DNA of 64,000 bases. Source: an uncultured virus (IMG/VR IMGVR_UViG_3300027796_000194). Lineage: Duplodnaviria; Heunggongvirae; Uroviricota; Caudoviricetes. Of the stretch, positions 19,757 through 29,532 are shown one piece after another. Numbering within the stretch: the stretch's first letter is position 1; every line of letters begins with the position of its first letter. Location: the IMG/VR virus record IMGVR_UViG_3300027796_000194; one strand, given 5' to 3'. A program made the translations under genes and the position numbers. The notes beneath the pieces are model-generated. The model made no database searches. It had not been told where the DNA came from and saw nothing but the letters and a program-made list of their open reading frames with translations.

Positions 19757-20980
19757 CTATGCGATCTTTCGCGATTTGAGAGAAACGACTTGTTTTGCCT
19801 CTTTCAACTTATCCAAATAATCCGCCCATTTTTGCATCATCTTTTTTCGCTCGTCCAAGTGCGCAGTGCGGTTGTAGGCGCGGCCATTGGGATCGCGGAC
19901 GGCGTGGGCGAGTTGATGTTCAATATAGTCCGGGCGGACGTGCAGTACTTCATCCAAGATCGTTCGTGCCATCGCTCGGAAACCGTGCGTTGTCATTTCA
20001 TCCTTGGAAATGCCCATGCGCCGGAATGCGGTTAGGATCGTGTTGTCGCTCATAGGGCGCGTATCGGTCAGGGCGCTTGGGAACAGATACTTTCCCTCGC
20101 CCGTTAAAGAGCGAAGTTCATTCAGGATTGCGAGAACTTGACGCGACAGTGGGACAATATGAGGCTCCCGCATCTTCATGCGTTCCGGGGGGATATTCCA
20201 TTGTTTCTCGTCAAAATCTATTTCGGCCCATTCCGCTTTGCGTAATTCGCCGGGGCGCACGAAAACAAGAGGCGCAATCCGCATTGCGCATTTGGTTGTA
20301 ATGCTGCCTTGATAAGCCTCAATGGCTTGCAGCACCGCGCCAACTTTCTTCGGGTCAGTTATCGCGGCAAAGTGTCCATCCCTCACAGGGCAGAGGGCAC
20401 CCCTTAAATCCGCTGTACAGTCGCGCGGTGCCCGTCCGGTTGCAACGGCATACCTGAAAATCTGCCCACAGTTCTGCAAAGCCCTGTGGGCCGTGTCACC
20501 GGCTCCACGGTTTTCGATCCGTCTCAGAACCATTAAGACTTCGGGAGGGGTAATCTCGGAAATGGTGCGTTTGCCAAGCCAAGGGAAAATGTCCAGTTCA
20601 AGCCGCCGGATGATCTTGCTGGTATGAGACTCGGCCCAAAGTGTGGATCGTGAGTCGATCCATTCCCGCGCAATGTTCTCAAAAGAGTCGGGGCCGCCGC
20701 CAACCTTTGCTTCCTTTGCCGCTTTCTTTTTGACCGCCGGGTCAATTCCTTGGGAAATCTCTTTGCGGGCGTAGAAACTGCGTTCCTTGGCTTCTTTAAG
20801 GCTCACGAATGGGTAGGAACCCAAGGCAAGGACTTTCTCCTTACCGTCGAAGCGGTATTTCTGCCGCCACAGCTTGCCCCCGGCAGGCGTGATCAGGATC
20901 AACAGGCCATCGCCAGCATAAAGCTTGTAAGCCTTATCCTTGGGTTTTGCATTTCTTATGGCAACGTCAGTCAGGGCCAT
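19757..20980 (-). CDS. int: P4-like tyrosine integrase with N-terminal arm-binding domain
   Basis: 'MALTDVAIRNAKPKDK', catalytic 'VRPGELR', 'HGFRAMA', 'LAH...AYNR'. Confidence 0.95.
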   Translation of the reverse strand: MALTDVAIRNAKPKDKAYKLYAGDGLLILITPAGGKLWRQKYRFDGKEKVLALGSYPFVSLKEAKERSFYARKEISQGIDPAVKKKAAKEAKVGGGPDSFENIAREWIDSRSTLWAESHTSKIIRRLELDIFPWLGKRTISEITPPEVLMVLRRIENRGAGDTAHRALQNCGQIFRYAVATGRAPRDCTADLRGALCPVRDGHFAAITDPKKVGAVLQAIEAYQGSITTKCAMRIAPLVFVRPGELRKAEWAEIDFDEKQWNIPPERMKMREPHIVPLSRQVLAILNELRSLTGEGKYLFPSALTDTRPMSDNTILTAFRRMGISKDEMTTHGFRAMARTILDEVLHVRPDYIEHQLAHAVRDPNGRAYNRTAHLDERKKMMQKWADYLDKLKEAKQVVSLKSRKIA

Positions 20981-21144
20981 AGTGGGGGTATCTCGAACGC
21001 GCTGGGGGTATGTTCGAGAAATCGTACCCCCAAATACCCCCGGATGCCAGCGATTTTCGCTGGTCGGCACTGGACGCTAAACCGTCATTTTTTGGCTGAT
21101 TTGCTGGGCTTTTTGAACTTCTTTGAACTTCCTTGGAAGTTCAA

Positions 21145-21292
21145 ATGGTGGACATAAGGGGAAAAAGATCGAACCAAAACATGCTTCAAGAACTTACCCG
21201 TTGGGGAGCCATCCTTAGTAATAGCTCAATGATTTCAGCTCGTTGTCACGCATCGACTTTTTAGCAATTCGATCCCCCTTTTGGGGATCGAA
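21145..21292. repeat. att core (tRNA-end-like), recombinase C-tail relic and hairpin
   Basis: TGGTGGACATAAGGGG, then a segment homologous to 237-354 (both encode GKRSN...E..RWGA.LSNSSMISA.C). Hairpin TTCGATCCCC/GGGGATCGAA at 21268-21292. Confidence 0.6.
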
Positions 21293-21301
21293 CAGTAAAT
21301 T

Positions 21302-21976
21302 TTAACGATTGGCCTTTTGGGAGAAACCACCAAAAATGCAGGCTGGCGTGTACCAGCGCGAATGTTCGGTCAGGCGGATGGTGTCGCCGTGAATGACAAC
21401 GGCGGGGATGTGCAAAAGGGAAAGCTGAAGGTAGGACATATGGACGGCGCGGAGGTCGATGTCGGTGGCCGTGACGTGGAGCTGGCGCTGATAGTTGAGG
21501 CCTTGGCTTTTCATCTCATGGGCCAAGGCGATGATCATGGCTCCGCCGCCGACGGCGGGTTCCCCGACCGAGACATAGCCCTTTTCGGAAATGGCGGCTT
21601 GCAGGCCGTCCCCATAAGACATTGCGGCCATAAGGCGGCACACGCAATCGGGGGTGAAGAACTGGCCTTTCCATCGGTTGCCCAGTTCAAGTTCGCTAAA
21701 GACCTGCCCCAAAACGTCGGACAGGTCATCTTCGAGAGCCAAGGTTAGCTCGGCCAACATTTTCGGAAAGATTTCGATCTCTTCCTTGTCATAGCGTTTG
21801 ACGATGGCGAGATATTGTTCTTCGTAGGCGTCGCGATCTCTAAAATCCACGGCGTTACGAATGCTGATGGCGGACATGGCGACAAAATCTTGGAACACTT
21901 GCCAAGTGTTGTGCCGACGGGACGTTTCTTCGATCAGTTTTTTGAGTTTTGCAGCATGAGAGGCCTCGGCCCTCAT
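21302..21976 (-). CDS. N6-DNA-methylase-like protein (short, type I M-like, no NPPY motif)
   Basis: 'GQFFTP', 'EPAVGGGAM', 'DIDLRAVHM'. Confidence 0.75.
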   Translation of the reverse strand: MRAEASHAAKLKKLIEETSRRHNTWQVFQDFVAMSAISIRNAVDFRDRDAYEEQYLAIVKRYDKEEIEIFPKMLAELTLALEDDLSDVLGQVFSELELGNRWKGQFFTPDCVCRLMAAMSYGDGLQAAISEKGYVSVGEPAVGGGAMIIALAHEMKSQGLNYQRQLHVTATDIDLRAVHMSYLQLSLLHIPAVVIHGDTIRLTEHSRWYTPACIFGGFSQKANR

Positions 21977-22124
21977 GCGCGGCCACCTGTGAAAAGTGGC
22001 GATCTATCCTGAATAACGAATGTCACTTAAAAGCCCGTTCCTAAAATGGTCGGGCAGCATAGCGCCGTGCAGCAGCAGCGCAATGGTCTTTTGATCTTCA
22101 TCCAAAGTTTGGGAGCTTCCCCCC

Positions 22125-22331
22125 ATGACCTACACAATTTCTCAACGCGATGCGCTGAAACAGGCGATTGCGAGTGGCGTTTTGCGGATTTCTTATGATG
22201 GGAAGTCGGTGGAGTACCGCTCCCTTAGTGATTTGAAGGCCGCTTTGGCCGAGGTGGAGCAAGGCTTGGCGCGGGATAACGGCCAGCCACAAACGCGGCA
22301 GATCAAGATTTACGCCGACAAAGACCTATAA
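22125..22331 (+). CDS. Head-tail joining protein (gpW-like)
   Basis: 'ALKQAIASGVLRISYDGKSVEYRSLSDL', directly upstream of the portal gene. Confidence 0.85.
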   Translation: MTYTISQRDALKQAIASGVLRISYDGKSVEYRSLSDLKAALAEVEQGLARDNGQPQTRQIKIYADKDL

Positions 22332-22343
22332 AAAGGATTCCCC

Positions 22344-23861
22344 ATGAACCTGTTTTCACGGATCGGCGCGGCGTTTTCCGCCGCGACCGGACGGCTTGCT
22401 ATGGCCTCTTCGATGGGGGGCTTTGAAGGCGCAATGTCAAAGCGGCGGCTGATTGCGTGGAAAGCAACCGAGGAGAATATCAATTCGCTGGTGGCCGATG
22501 GCGGCGATCTTTTACGCGCACGGTCACGGCAGATTGTGCGCTCAAACCCTTATGCTGCCAACGCGGCGAACAGTTTTTCTTCAAACGCCATTGGCGATGG
22601 CATCCGGCCTTCCAGTTTGATCGAAGACATAAAACTGAAGCAGGCCGTTCTTCAACTCTGGAAGGATTGGTCGCTGGAAGTTGACGCCGATGGACTGACT
22701 GATTTTTCGGGAATGCAGGCGCTTGTGGCGCATGCGCTCTTTGAAGCTGGCGAGTGTTTTGTGCGCTTTCGCCCTCGGAGACTTTCGGATGGACTGGCCG
22801 TGCCGCTTCAACTTCAACTCCTCGAAAGCGAAATGCTCCCGCTTTCAAAAACGGAAACCGCCGCGACGGGTAATGCTGTTCGATGCGGGATTGAGTTCGA
22901 TGGGATCGGGCGGCGTGTCGCTTATCACTTCTATCGCAAACATCCCGGCGACAATACGGAAACAGGCAACAAAGGCGAGATTGTCCGCGTTCCGGCTTCA
23001 GAAATCTTGCATATCTATCGCCCGCAGCGACCCGGACAAATCCGTGGGGTGCCGTGGATTTCTGCGGCTTTGGTAAAGTTGTTTTTGCTCGATCAATATG
23101 ACGATGCGGAGCTTGATCGTAAAAAGGTCGCGGCTTTGTTCGCGGGCTTCATCACCAAAGACTCGCCCGAAGATAAACTCATGGGTGAAAGCAATCCGAA
23201 CGAGGCCGGAGCTTCGCTGGCAGGACTTTCTCCCGGCACTATGCAAGTTCTTCTCCCCGGTGAAGACATTAAATTCTCTTCCCCCGCCGACGTGGGTGGC
23301 TCCTATGAAATGTTTCAGTACCGCACCTTGCTTGCAATCTCTGCCGCGCTGGGTGTTCCTTACACCAACGTCACAGGCGATCTGAAGGCCGCGAACTATT
23401 CCAGCATTCGGTCGGGAACGGTGGAGTTCCGCCGTCGCCTGGACCAGTTCCAAGAAATGACGATGATCTTCCAGCTTTGCCGCCCCATCTGGGCGCGGTG
23501 GTTGGAAACGGCTGTCTTGTCCGGCGCGTTGAGCCTGCCGGACTTTGTCCGTAATCCGCGCCCTTACAATCGCGTCAAATGGATCAAGCCCAAATGGGAA
23601 TGGGTCGATCCACTTAAAGACCGTCAAGCGGAAAAGATCGCGCAAGAGATGGGATGGAAAGCCCCCTCCGACATCATCGAGGCCGAGGGCAACGATGTGG
23701 ACGAAACGCATCAACGCATTGCGGCGGATCAAGCGCGGATGAAGGAACTGGGTATTCAGCGACAAGCTGCGTCTGCGCCTGCTGCGCCCGTTCAGCCTCA
23801 AGATGAGCCTGCGGACGATGATGAACAGGCCAACCCCGCACAGAAAGAAGAAAACCCATGA
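22344..23861 (+). CDS. Phage portal protein, lambda family
   Basis: 'LRARSRQIVRSNPYA', 'RPGQIRGVPW', 'NYSSIR', 'WVDPLKD'. Confidence 0.95.
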   Translation: MNLFSRIGAAFSAATGRLAMASSMGGFEGAMSKRRLIAWKATEENINSLVADGGDLLRARSRQIVRSNPYAANAANSFSSNAIGDGIRPSSLIEDIKLKQAVLQLWKDWSLEVDADGLTDFSGMQALVAHALFEAGECFVRFRPRRLSDGLAVPLQLQLLESEMLPLSKTETAATGNAVRCGIEFDGIGRRVAYHFYRKHPGDNTETGNKGEIVRVPASEILHIYRPQRPGQIRGVPWISAALVKLFLLDQYDDAELDRKKVAALFAGFITKDSPEDKLMGESNPNEAGASLAGLSPGTMQVLLPGEDIKFSSPADVGGSYEMFQYRTLLAISAALGVPYTNVTGDLKAANYSSIRSGTVEFRRRLDQFQEMTMIFQLCRPIWARWLETAVLSGALSLPDFVRNPRPYNRVKWIKPKWEWVDPLKDRQAEKIAQEMGWKAPSDIIEAEGNDVDETHQRIAADQARMKELGIQRQAASAPAAPVQPQDEPADDDEQANPAQKEENP

Positions 23862-25078
23862 ACCTATTGCCTCATATCGCTGGGCGGGTCTTTGCGACGC
23901 CGCTTATGATTTCCCGCGCCAAGCTGGATGTGATTGTCGGGATTATCGCGCCGCGCTTGCAAGGCGAGACTTTACCCCCTGCGGCCCCTGCCGCCGCCCG
24001 TGGCCTCGATATTGGAACTGGCGGTATTTCCGTTATCTCGATCACGGGAACGCTTGTGCGGCGAACTGTGGGGCTTGAGGCGCAAAGCGGTTTGACCAGT
24101 TATGCCGAGATCGCGGAACAAGTGCAACAGGCCGTAGCTGATCCGTCCGTTCGCGCCATCCTTCTCGATCTTGATAGCCCCGGTGGCGAGGCTGGTGGTG
24201 TGTTTGATCTGGCCGATCAGATTTATGCGGCGCGGCAAATCAAGCCCGTTTGGGCGGTGGCCAATGAGGACGCTTTCTCGGCGGCCTATGCGTTGGCCGC
24301 ATCCGCCAATCGTCTTTATGTTACGCGCACGGGCGGGGTCGGCTCCATCGGGGTGATTGCCATGCACCTCGATCAAAGCCAAGCCGATACCGACGAAGGC
24401 CTTAAATACTCCCCCATCTTCGCGGGTGCGCATAAGAACGATTATTCATCCCACGAACCGCTGGCCGATCCGGCGCGGGCGTCCTTGCAGGCGGAAGTGG
24501 ATCGCGTTTACGGCCTGTTTGTCGAATGCGTGGCGCGGGGGCGCAATCTTTCCCTCGAAGCCGTCCGCGCAACCGAGGCGGCCTTGTTCTTTGGCGAGAA
24601 CGGCGTGGCCGCTGGCCTTGCCGACAAAATCGGCACGTTTGAGGACGCACTGGCCGATCTTTCAACTTCTCTTTCCTCCTCAACCTTCACCCTCAACCCA
24701 AGCAGAAAGGCAATAAAAATGACGACCCAAGAAAACCAACCGCAAATCGAAGCGGCAAAGGAGCTTCCCGATCTTGAAATGCTGAAAGCGGAGTTCATCG
24801 AGAAGGCCAAGGCCGACGCACGCGCCGAGGCAATGGCCTATGTCGCGGAAGTGTTCGATCTCTGCGCCATCGCTGGCGTTCCTGACAAGGCCAAGGATTT
24901 TGTGGCCAAGTCCGTTCCTTCCGCCGAGGTGCGTCAAGCCCTCTTGGAAGCCAAGGTTAAGGAGGACGAGGCCACGGCCATCGTCGGCCTGACCTCGGAC
25001 AACTCTATCGCTACCGCTGACACCAAGATCGATACGGCGGCGATCTACCAAAACCGTAACAACCAGAAAGGAAACTAA
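23858..25078 (+). CDS. S49-family prohead protease/scaffold (gpC-like)
   Basis: 'LDLDSPGGE', 'AFSAAYALAASA', 'VGSIGV'. Confidence 0.92.
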   Translation: MNLLPHIAGRVFATPLMISRAKLDVIVGIIAPRLQGETLPPAAPAAARGLDIGTGGISVISITGTLVRRTVGLEAQSGLTSYAEIAEQVQQAVADPSVRAILLDLDSPGGEAGGVFDLADQIYAARQIKPVWAVANEDAFSAAYALAASANRLYVTRTGGVGSIGVIAMHLDQSQADTDEGLKYSPIFAGAHKNDYSSHEPLADPARASLQAEVDRVYGLFVECVARGRNLSLEAVRATEAALFFGENGVAAGLADKIGTFEDALADLSTSLSSSTFTLNPSRKAIKMTTQENQPQIEAAKELPDLEMLKAEFIEKAKADARAEAMAYVAEVFDLCAIAGVPDKAKDFVAKSVPSAEVRQALLEAKVKEDEATAIVGLTSDNSIATADTKIDTAAIYQNRNNQKGN

Positions 25079-25081
25079 AAC

Positions 25082-25732
25082 ATGACTGAAGTAACCGAAG
25101 GCCAACACAAGGCCGAGTTTATTGTGTCAGAAACCGAAGGCACGATCTCGCGTGAAAACGTGAACGTCCTTGCGGGGCAAAACCTCAAGGCGGGGCATGT
25201 TCTCGGTAAAGTGTCGGTTGGCACTGGATCGGGCGCAGCGGCAAGCGGTAACACGGGCAACGGCACGATTTCTGCCGTGACCGTGGGGCAAGGCACAAAG
25301 GCAGGCATCTATACCGTCACTTGCGTTGAACCCGCTGCCAATGCCGGAACCTTCCTTGTCGAAGATCCCGATGGGGTCACGGTGGGCACAGCCCATGTCG
25401 GGACGCCGTTCGTCGGCCCTGTTGGCTTTACGCTGACAGACGGCGCGACGGATTTTGTATCCGGCGACCGCTTCTTGATTACGGTCACGGCGGGGTCGGG
25501 CAAGCACAAGGAATATAATCCCGCCAATACCGATGGTTCTGAAACGGCTGTTGCCCTTTTGCTCGATAATGTCGATGCGACAACGGGGGATAAGGAAGCC
25601 GTGATCCTTGCCCGTCATGCCGAGGTGAATGCTGCCGAAATCGTCTGGTTCACAGGCGCGACGGAAGAGCAAAAAGCCATCGGCATCGCTCAACTGAAAG
25701 AACAAGTCATCCTCGCGCGCGCGGCGGTCTAA
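25082..25732 (+). CDS. Head decoration protein with an inserted beta domain
   Basis: 'AGQNLKAGHVLGK...YNPANTDGSETAVALL'. Lies between protease and capsid genes. Confidence 0.85.
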   Translation: MTEVTEGQHKAEFIVSETEGTISRENVNVLAGQNLKAGHVLGKVSVGTGSGAAASGNTGNGTISAVTVGQGTKAGIYTVTCVEPAANAGTFLVEDPDGVTVGTAHVGTPFVGPVGFTLTDGATDFVSGDRFLITVTAGSGKHKEYNPANTDGSETAVALLLDNVDATTGDKEAVILARHAEVNAAEIVWFTGATEEQKAIGIAQLKEQVILARAAV

Positions 25733-25751
25733 GCCTCGCGTTCTCTCACCC

Positions 25752-25795
25752 GACAAAAGCCCTGTCTCCTTGAAAAAGGTGGCGGGGCTTTTGTC
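25752..25795 (+). terminator. Stem-loop between decoration and capsid genes
   Basis: GACAAAAGCCC...GGGCTTTTGTC inverted repeat. Confidence 0.45.
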
Positions 25796-25815
25796 ATTCA
25801 AAAGGAACTCACCCT

Positions 25816-26829
25816 ATGCCTATGCTCGATATTTTCCAAAACAACGCGTTTTCGGTCACGTCGTTGACCGACGCGATCAACAAACTGCCCTTTGTTCCCG
25901 GCAAGGTCGGGCAATTGGGCATCTTTCAGGAAAGCGGCGTCTCCACGACTTCGATCATGATCGAGGAACGCGAAGGTTCGCTGACCCTTATCCCAACCAG
26001 TCATCGCGGTGGCCCTGCGGCGCAGAACAAGAACGAAAAGCGCAAAGCCCGTTCTTTGATCGTGCCGCATATTGCGCTTGAAGACACGATCATGGCCGAT
26101 GAAGTGCAGGACGTTCGATCCTTCGGCAGCGAGAATGCGCTTCAAAGCGTTCAAGCCGTGGTCAACAACCGTCTTTCGGAAATGACCACCAAGCATGATG
26201 CAACGTTGGAGCATCTGCGGATCGGTGCGCTGAAGGGAAAGATTCTGGACGCAGACGGGGTCACGGTGCTTTACGACCTTTTCACCGAATTTGGTGTTAC
26301 GCCCTACAGCGAGATTGACTTCGATCTCGACACGGTCGCCCCCGTAAGCGGCACGATCAAGAAAATCTGTCACGGCATTAAGCGCAAAATCGAGGACGCG
26401 CTGGGCGCTGCTCCTTACGTCTCGATCCATGCTTTCTGTTCGCAGAGCTTCTTTGATGCGTTGGTCACGCACCCCGAAGTCACGGCGGCTTATGACCGTT
26501 ATCAGGAAAGTATCTTCCTGCGGACGGGACAAGCGCGCGGCCAGTTTGATTTCGGTGGCATCGTGTTTGAAGAATATCGCGGAAGCATTGGGGGCGTTGA
26601 TTTCATCCCCGATGGCAAAGCGCATTTCTTCCCTGTTGGAACGCCGGGTCTGTTCCGCCAGTACAACGCGCCTGCGGATTTTGTTGAAACCGTCAATACC
26701 ATCGGTCTGCCTCGTTATGCCAAGCAAGCGATTGACGACGAGTTCGCTCGATGGGTAAAGCTGCACACGCAGGCGAACCCGCTCCCGATCTGCACACGTC
26801 CGCAAGTGTTGATGAAGGGTGCGGCCTAA
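25816..26829 (+). CDS. Major capsid protein (lambda gpE-like family)
   Basis: 'AFSVTSLTDAINKLP', 'TLEHLRIGALKG', 'QANPLPICTRP'. Confidence 0.93.
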   Translation: MPMLDIFQNNAFSVTSLTDAINKLPFVPGKVGQLGIFQESGVSTTSIMIEEREGSLTLIPTSHRGGPAAQNKNEKRKARSLIVPHIALEDTIMADEVQDVRSFGSENALQSVQAVVNNRLSEMTTKHDATLEHLRIGALKGKILDADGVTVLYDLFTEFGVTPYSEIDFDLDTVAPVSGTIKKICHGIKRKIEDALGAAPYVSIHAFCSQSFFDALVTHPEVTAAYDRYQESIFLRTGQARGQFDFGGIVFEEYRGSIGGVDFIPDGKAHFFPVGTPGLFRQYNAPADFVETVNTIGLPRYAKQAIDDEFARWVKLHTQANPLPICTRPQVLMKGAA

Positions 26830-27140
26830 TGGCCTTTGGAGCCATGATCGCGGCTCTCTTTGCCGATCCCGTGCTGGCCAAAACCGCCGAGTATCTACCG
26901 AAAGGAGGTCTCGGCGGCAAGGCCGTGCGGGTCATCGCCAAACAACCCGACACGCTGACCAGTTTTGGCGATGCGCGGATTCATAGCTCGACCACGCTCT
27001 TTGATATTCAGGCCGCCGAGGTCTCTAACCCGCAAGTGGGCGACCAGCTCACTGTGAATGGCGTGGCCTATGTCATTCAGTCCGAGCCGATGGCCGATAG
27101 CGAACGGCTGGTCTGGACGCTGGACATGGTGCCCTTATGA
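26829..27140 (+). CDS. Head-tail connector protein
   Basis: Position after the capsid gene, with coupled start. 'GDQLTVNG...ERLVWTLD'. Confidence 0.75.
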   Translation: MAFGAMIAALFADPVLAKTAEYLPKGGLGGKAVRVIAKQPDTLTSFGDARIHSSTTLFDIQAAEVSNPQVGDQLTVNGVAYVIQSEPMADSERLVWTLDMVPL

Positions 27141-27790
27141 GTCTGCGCCTTGTCGCCGCCTTGCAAGGCAGTCTTACCAAGATTGTTACGCAGGAGGTAA
27201 AATCGGCGGAACATGCCGTCACGCTGGGCGTTCACGCGGCGACCGATGGCCTCAAACAAGAACTGCGCGATCAAGTAACAGGCGCAGGCCTCGGCCAGAG
27301 GCTTGCCAAAACTTGGCGGGGCAAGGTCTTTCCCAAAGGCGAGAGCATGAACGCGGCGGGGTTTGTGTTCAGCAAAGCGCCGGAGGTCATCGACAGCTAC
27401 GCCCACGGCGCGGTGATACGCGCCCATAAAAGCGCCTATCTCGCTATTCCGCTTCCTGCGGCGGGAAAGCTGGCAGGCCGCAAGAAACTAACCCCCGAAA
27501 CATGGGAACAGGTTCACGGACAAAAGCTGGTGTTTGTGCCGCGCCGCAAAGGTCTTGCGCTTCTTGTGGCGGAAAATATGCGCGCCCGAAAAGGCAAGCG
27601 CGGTGGCTTCACAGGAGCCAGCGCGACGGCGATTCGCACAGGGCGTGGCCTCACAACCGTTCCCATATTCGTTTTGATCCCGCAGATCACGATCAAAAAA
27701 CGCTTCGACATGGAAAGCGTCGGCAAGAAATGGATCGCCCGCTTGCCGAACTTGGTGATCGAGAATTGGCAGGAAGGCGGCAATCCATGA
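27137..27790 (+). CDS. Phage neck/tail-completion protein (DUF6441-like)
   Basis: 'LRDQVTGAGLGQRLAKTWR', 'TTVPIFVLIPQ'. Confidence 0.75.
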   Translation: MSLRLVAALQGSLTKIVTQEVKSAEHAVTLGVHAATDGLKQELRDQVTGAGLGQRLAKTWRGKVFPKGESMNAAGFVFSKAPEVIDSYAHGAVIRAHKSAYLAIPLPAAGKLAGRKKLTPETWEQVHGQKLVFVPRRKGLALLVAENMRARKGKRGGFTGASATAIRTGRGLTTVPIFVLIPQITIKKRFDMESVGKKWIARLPNLVIENWQEGGNP

Positions 27791-28215
27791 CCACCCGTGA
27801 AACCGTCCTTCAAGCCTTGTTCGCACTTCTTCAAACCATTCCCGGCCCTAAAGTGACGCGCAACGACGTGTTGCCGGAAAAGATACCGCCCGAAGGTCTG
27901 CTTATCCTGCGCGATGGGGATTCCGGCGAACCAGAAACCTTGCTTTCCCCGCTTTCTTATTACTGGCAGCACCTTGCTTCATTGGAAGTCTTTGCCCAAG
28001 CCGCCGATGCGGATCAGCGCAACACCATCATGGATGGGCTGTTCCAGAGCATCGCCGCCGCCTTATCCGCCGACCCAACGCTGGACGACCTATGCGATCG
28101 CGTAACGCCACAAGCACCGGACACCAACTCAATCGCTATCGAGGGCGCAGCCAACATCCGCGCCGCCATCGTGCCGATTGAACTGATTTACACGACCGCC
28201 AGCCAGCTCGGCTAG
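27787..28215 (+). CDS. Tail terminator-like protein
   Basis: 'RNDVLPEKIPPEGLLILRDGD', 'ADPTLDDLCD'. Confidence 0.75.
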   Translation: MTTRETVLQALFALLQTIPGPKVTRNDVLPEKIPPEGLLILRDGDSGEPETLLSPLSYYWQHLASLEVFAQAADADQRNTIMDGLFQSIAAALSADPTLDDLCDRVTPQAPDTNSIAIEGAANIRAAIVPIELIYTTASQLG

Positions 28216-28249
28216 GTAGCCCCTTTCACCACAAAAACGGAGGAGTATC

Positions 28250-29188
28250 ATGGCCCGTGCCTATGGCGCGAACGCGCAACTATTGGGTTCTTTTGAAAGC
28301 GTCTATGGGACGCCGCCCGCCGGAAACTTTATCAAGTTCCCGTTCGTTTCTTCAAACCTTGGCTCCGAACAAGGACTGATTGCGTCCGACCTCTTGGGGC
28401 AAGGCCGTGATCCGGCGCAGCCGATCCGTGACGTGATCAAAGTCGATGGCGATGTGGTTGTGCCAGTTGACGCTCGAAACTTCGGTCACTGGCTTAAGGG
28501 ATTGCTTGGCCTTCCGACAACAACGGGGGTTGGGCCTTATGTCCATACCTATCAGTCCGGCGCGGCAAGTCTGCCAAGCCTGTCTCTTGAGGTCGGGATG
28601 CCGGAGCCGTTTTCATTCATGATGAATGCGGGCGTTATGCTCAATTCTCTGCAATTGAGCTATTCACGAAGTGGCGGCGCAAGCGCGACGATCAATTGCA
28701 TCGCGCAAAGCGAAACGCGCAATCCCACGAGTCATGGCGGCACGCCAACCCAAGCGTTGCTGACACGGTTTAATCAGTTTCAAGGGGCTATCAAGAAAGA
28801 CGGGGCGCAACTTGCCAACGTCACGGGTGCGCAACTAACCTACACCAACAATCTGGAGCGCATCGAAACCATCCGCTCGGACGGCAAAATCGATGGGAGC
28901 GATCCGACGATTGCCGCCTTGACAGGTTCCATCGATGTGCGTTTTGCCGATACGACTTTGATCGACGCGGCAACCGACAACACACCTGTCGCGTTGGAGT
29001 TCAGTTATGTCATCGATGTAAACCGTTCGCTGGTTTTCACGGCGCACGAAGTCTATCTGCCCAAACCCAAGCTTCCTATCGATGGCCCCGGTGGTGTGCA
29101 GGCCAGTTTCAACTGGCAAGCGGCCAAGCCTTCCGTGGGTCAAATGATGACCGTTGTTTTGACCAATGATGTGGAGGATTACGCATGA
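28250..29188 (+). CDS. Phage tail tube protein
   Basis: 'MARAYGANAQLL', 'VYLPKPKLPIDGPGGVQASFNWQAA'. Confidence 0.88.
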   Translation: MARAYGANAQLLGSFESVYGTPPAGNFIKFPFVSSNLGSEQGLIASDLLGQGRDPAQPIRDVIKVDGDVVVPVDARNFGHWLKGLLGLPTTTGVGPYVHTYQSGAASLPSLSLEVGMPEPFSFMMNAGVMLNSLQLSYSRSGGASATINCIAQSETRNPTSHGGTPTQALLTRFNQFQGAIKKDGAQLANVTGAQLTYTNNLERIETIRSDGKIDGSDPTIAALTGSIDVRFADTTLIDAATDNTPVALEFSYVIDVNRSLVFTAHEVYLPKPKLPIDGPGGVQASFNWQAAKPSVGQMMTVVLTNDVEDYA

Positions 29189-29532
29189 TCAAGCTGAACC
29201 TGAAACGCGAAGATTATTGGCTTGATCTTGGCCATGGGGTGCGCGTGAAAGTGCGCCCCGCGTCCACCGCGCTCGTTATGGCCGCGCGCGTCGCGGCTCT
29301 GAAAGACACTGACGAAACGGCCAACACAGGAACGCGCAGCGCCACGTTGCTCAAACAACTGGCCGTGGCTTCCGTCCTTGAATGGGAAGGCGTTGGCGAT
29401 AGCGTGGACAATCCCGCCGAAGTCACGCCGGAGGCTATTTCTGCGCTTATGGACTTATGGCCTCTTGCCGATGCTTTCGAGCGTCTTTACCTCGCCCCGA
29501 CGCTGATATTGGAACAGGAAAAAAACGGCTGA
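29185..29532 (+). CDS. Tail assembly chaperone (gpG-like)
   Basis: Lies between tube and tape measure genes. Ends in the slippery sequence A AAA AAC. Confidence 0.8.
   Translation: MIKLNLKREDYWLDLGHGVRVKVRPASTALVMAARVAALKDTDETANTGTRSATLLKQLAVASVLEWEGVGDSVDNPAEVTPEAISALMDLWPLADAFERLYLAPTLILEQEKNG

Larger units (their letters stand above)
2192..21170. mobile_element. P4/PICI-like integrative satellite island with defence cargo
   Basis: Integrase, AlpA, HTH protein and cos-like site at the right end. TACCCC arm-type repeats lie just inside both ends (2267-2288 and 20984-21043). Similar tRNA-end-like cores at 2191 and 21145 (14/18 identical). Confidence 0.65.

Noticed and set aside
212..21176. 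Complete tRNA or tmRNA genes at the TTCGA/CCA sites
   Set aside because: Only 3' fragments are present; no D-arm, anticodon arm or 5' acceptor strand could be folded.
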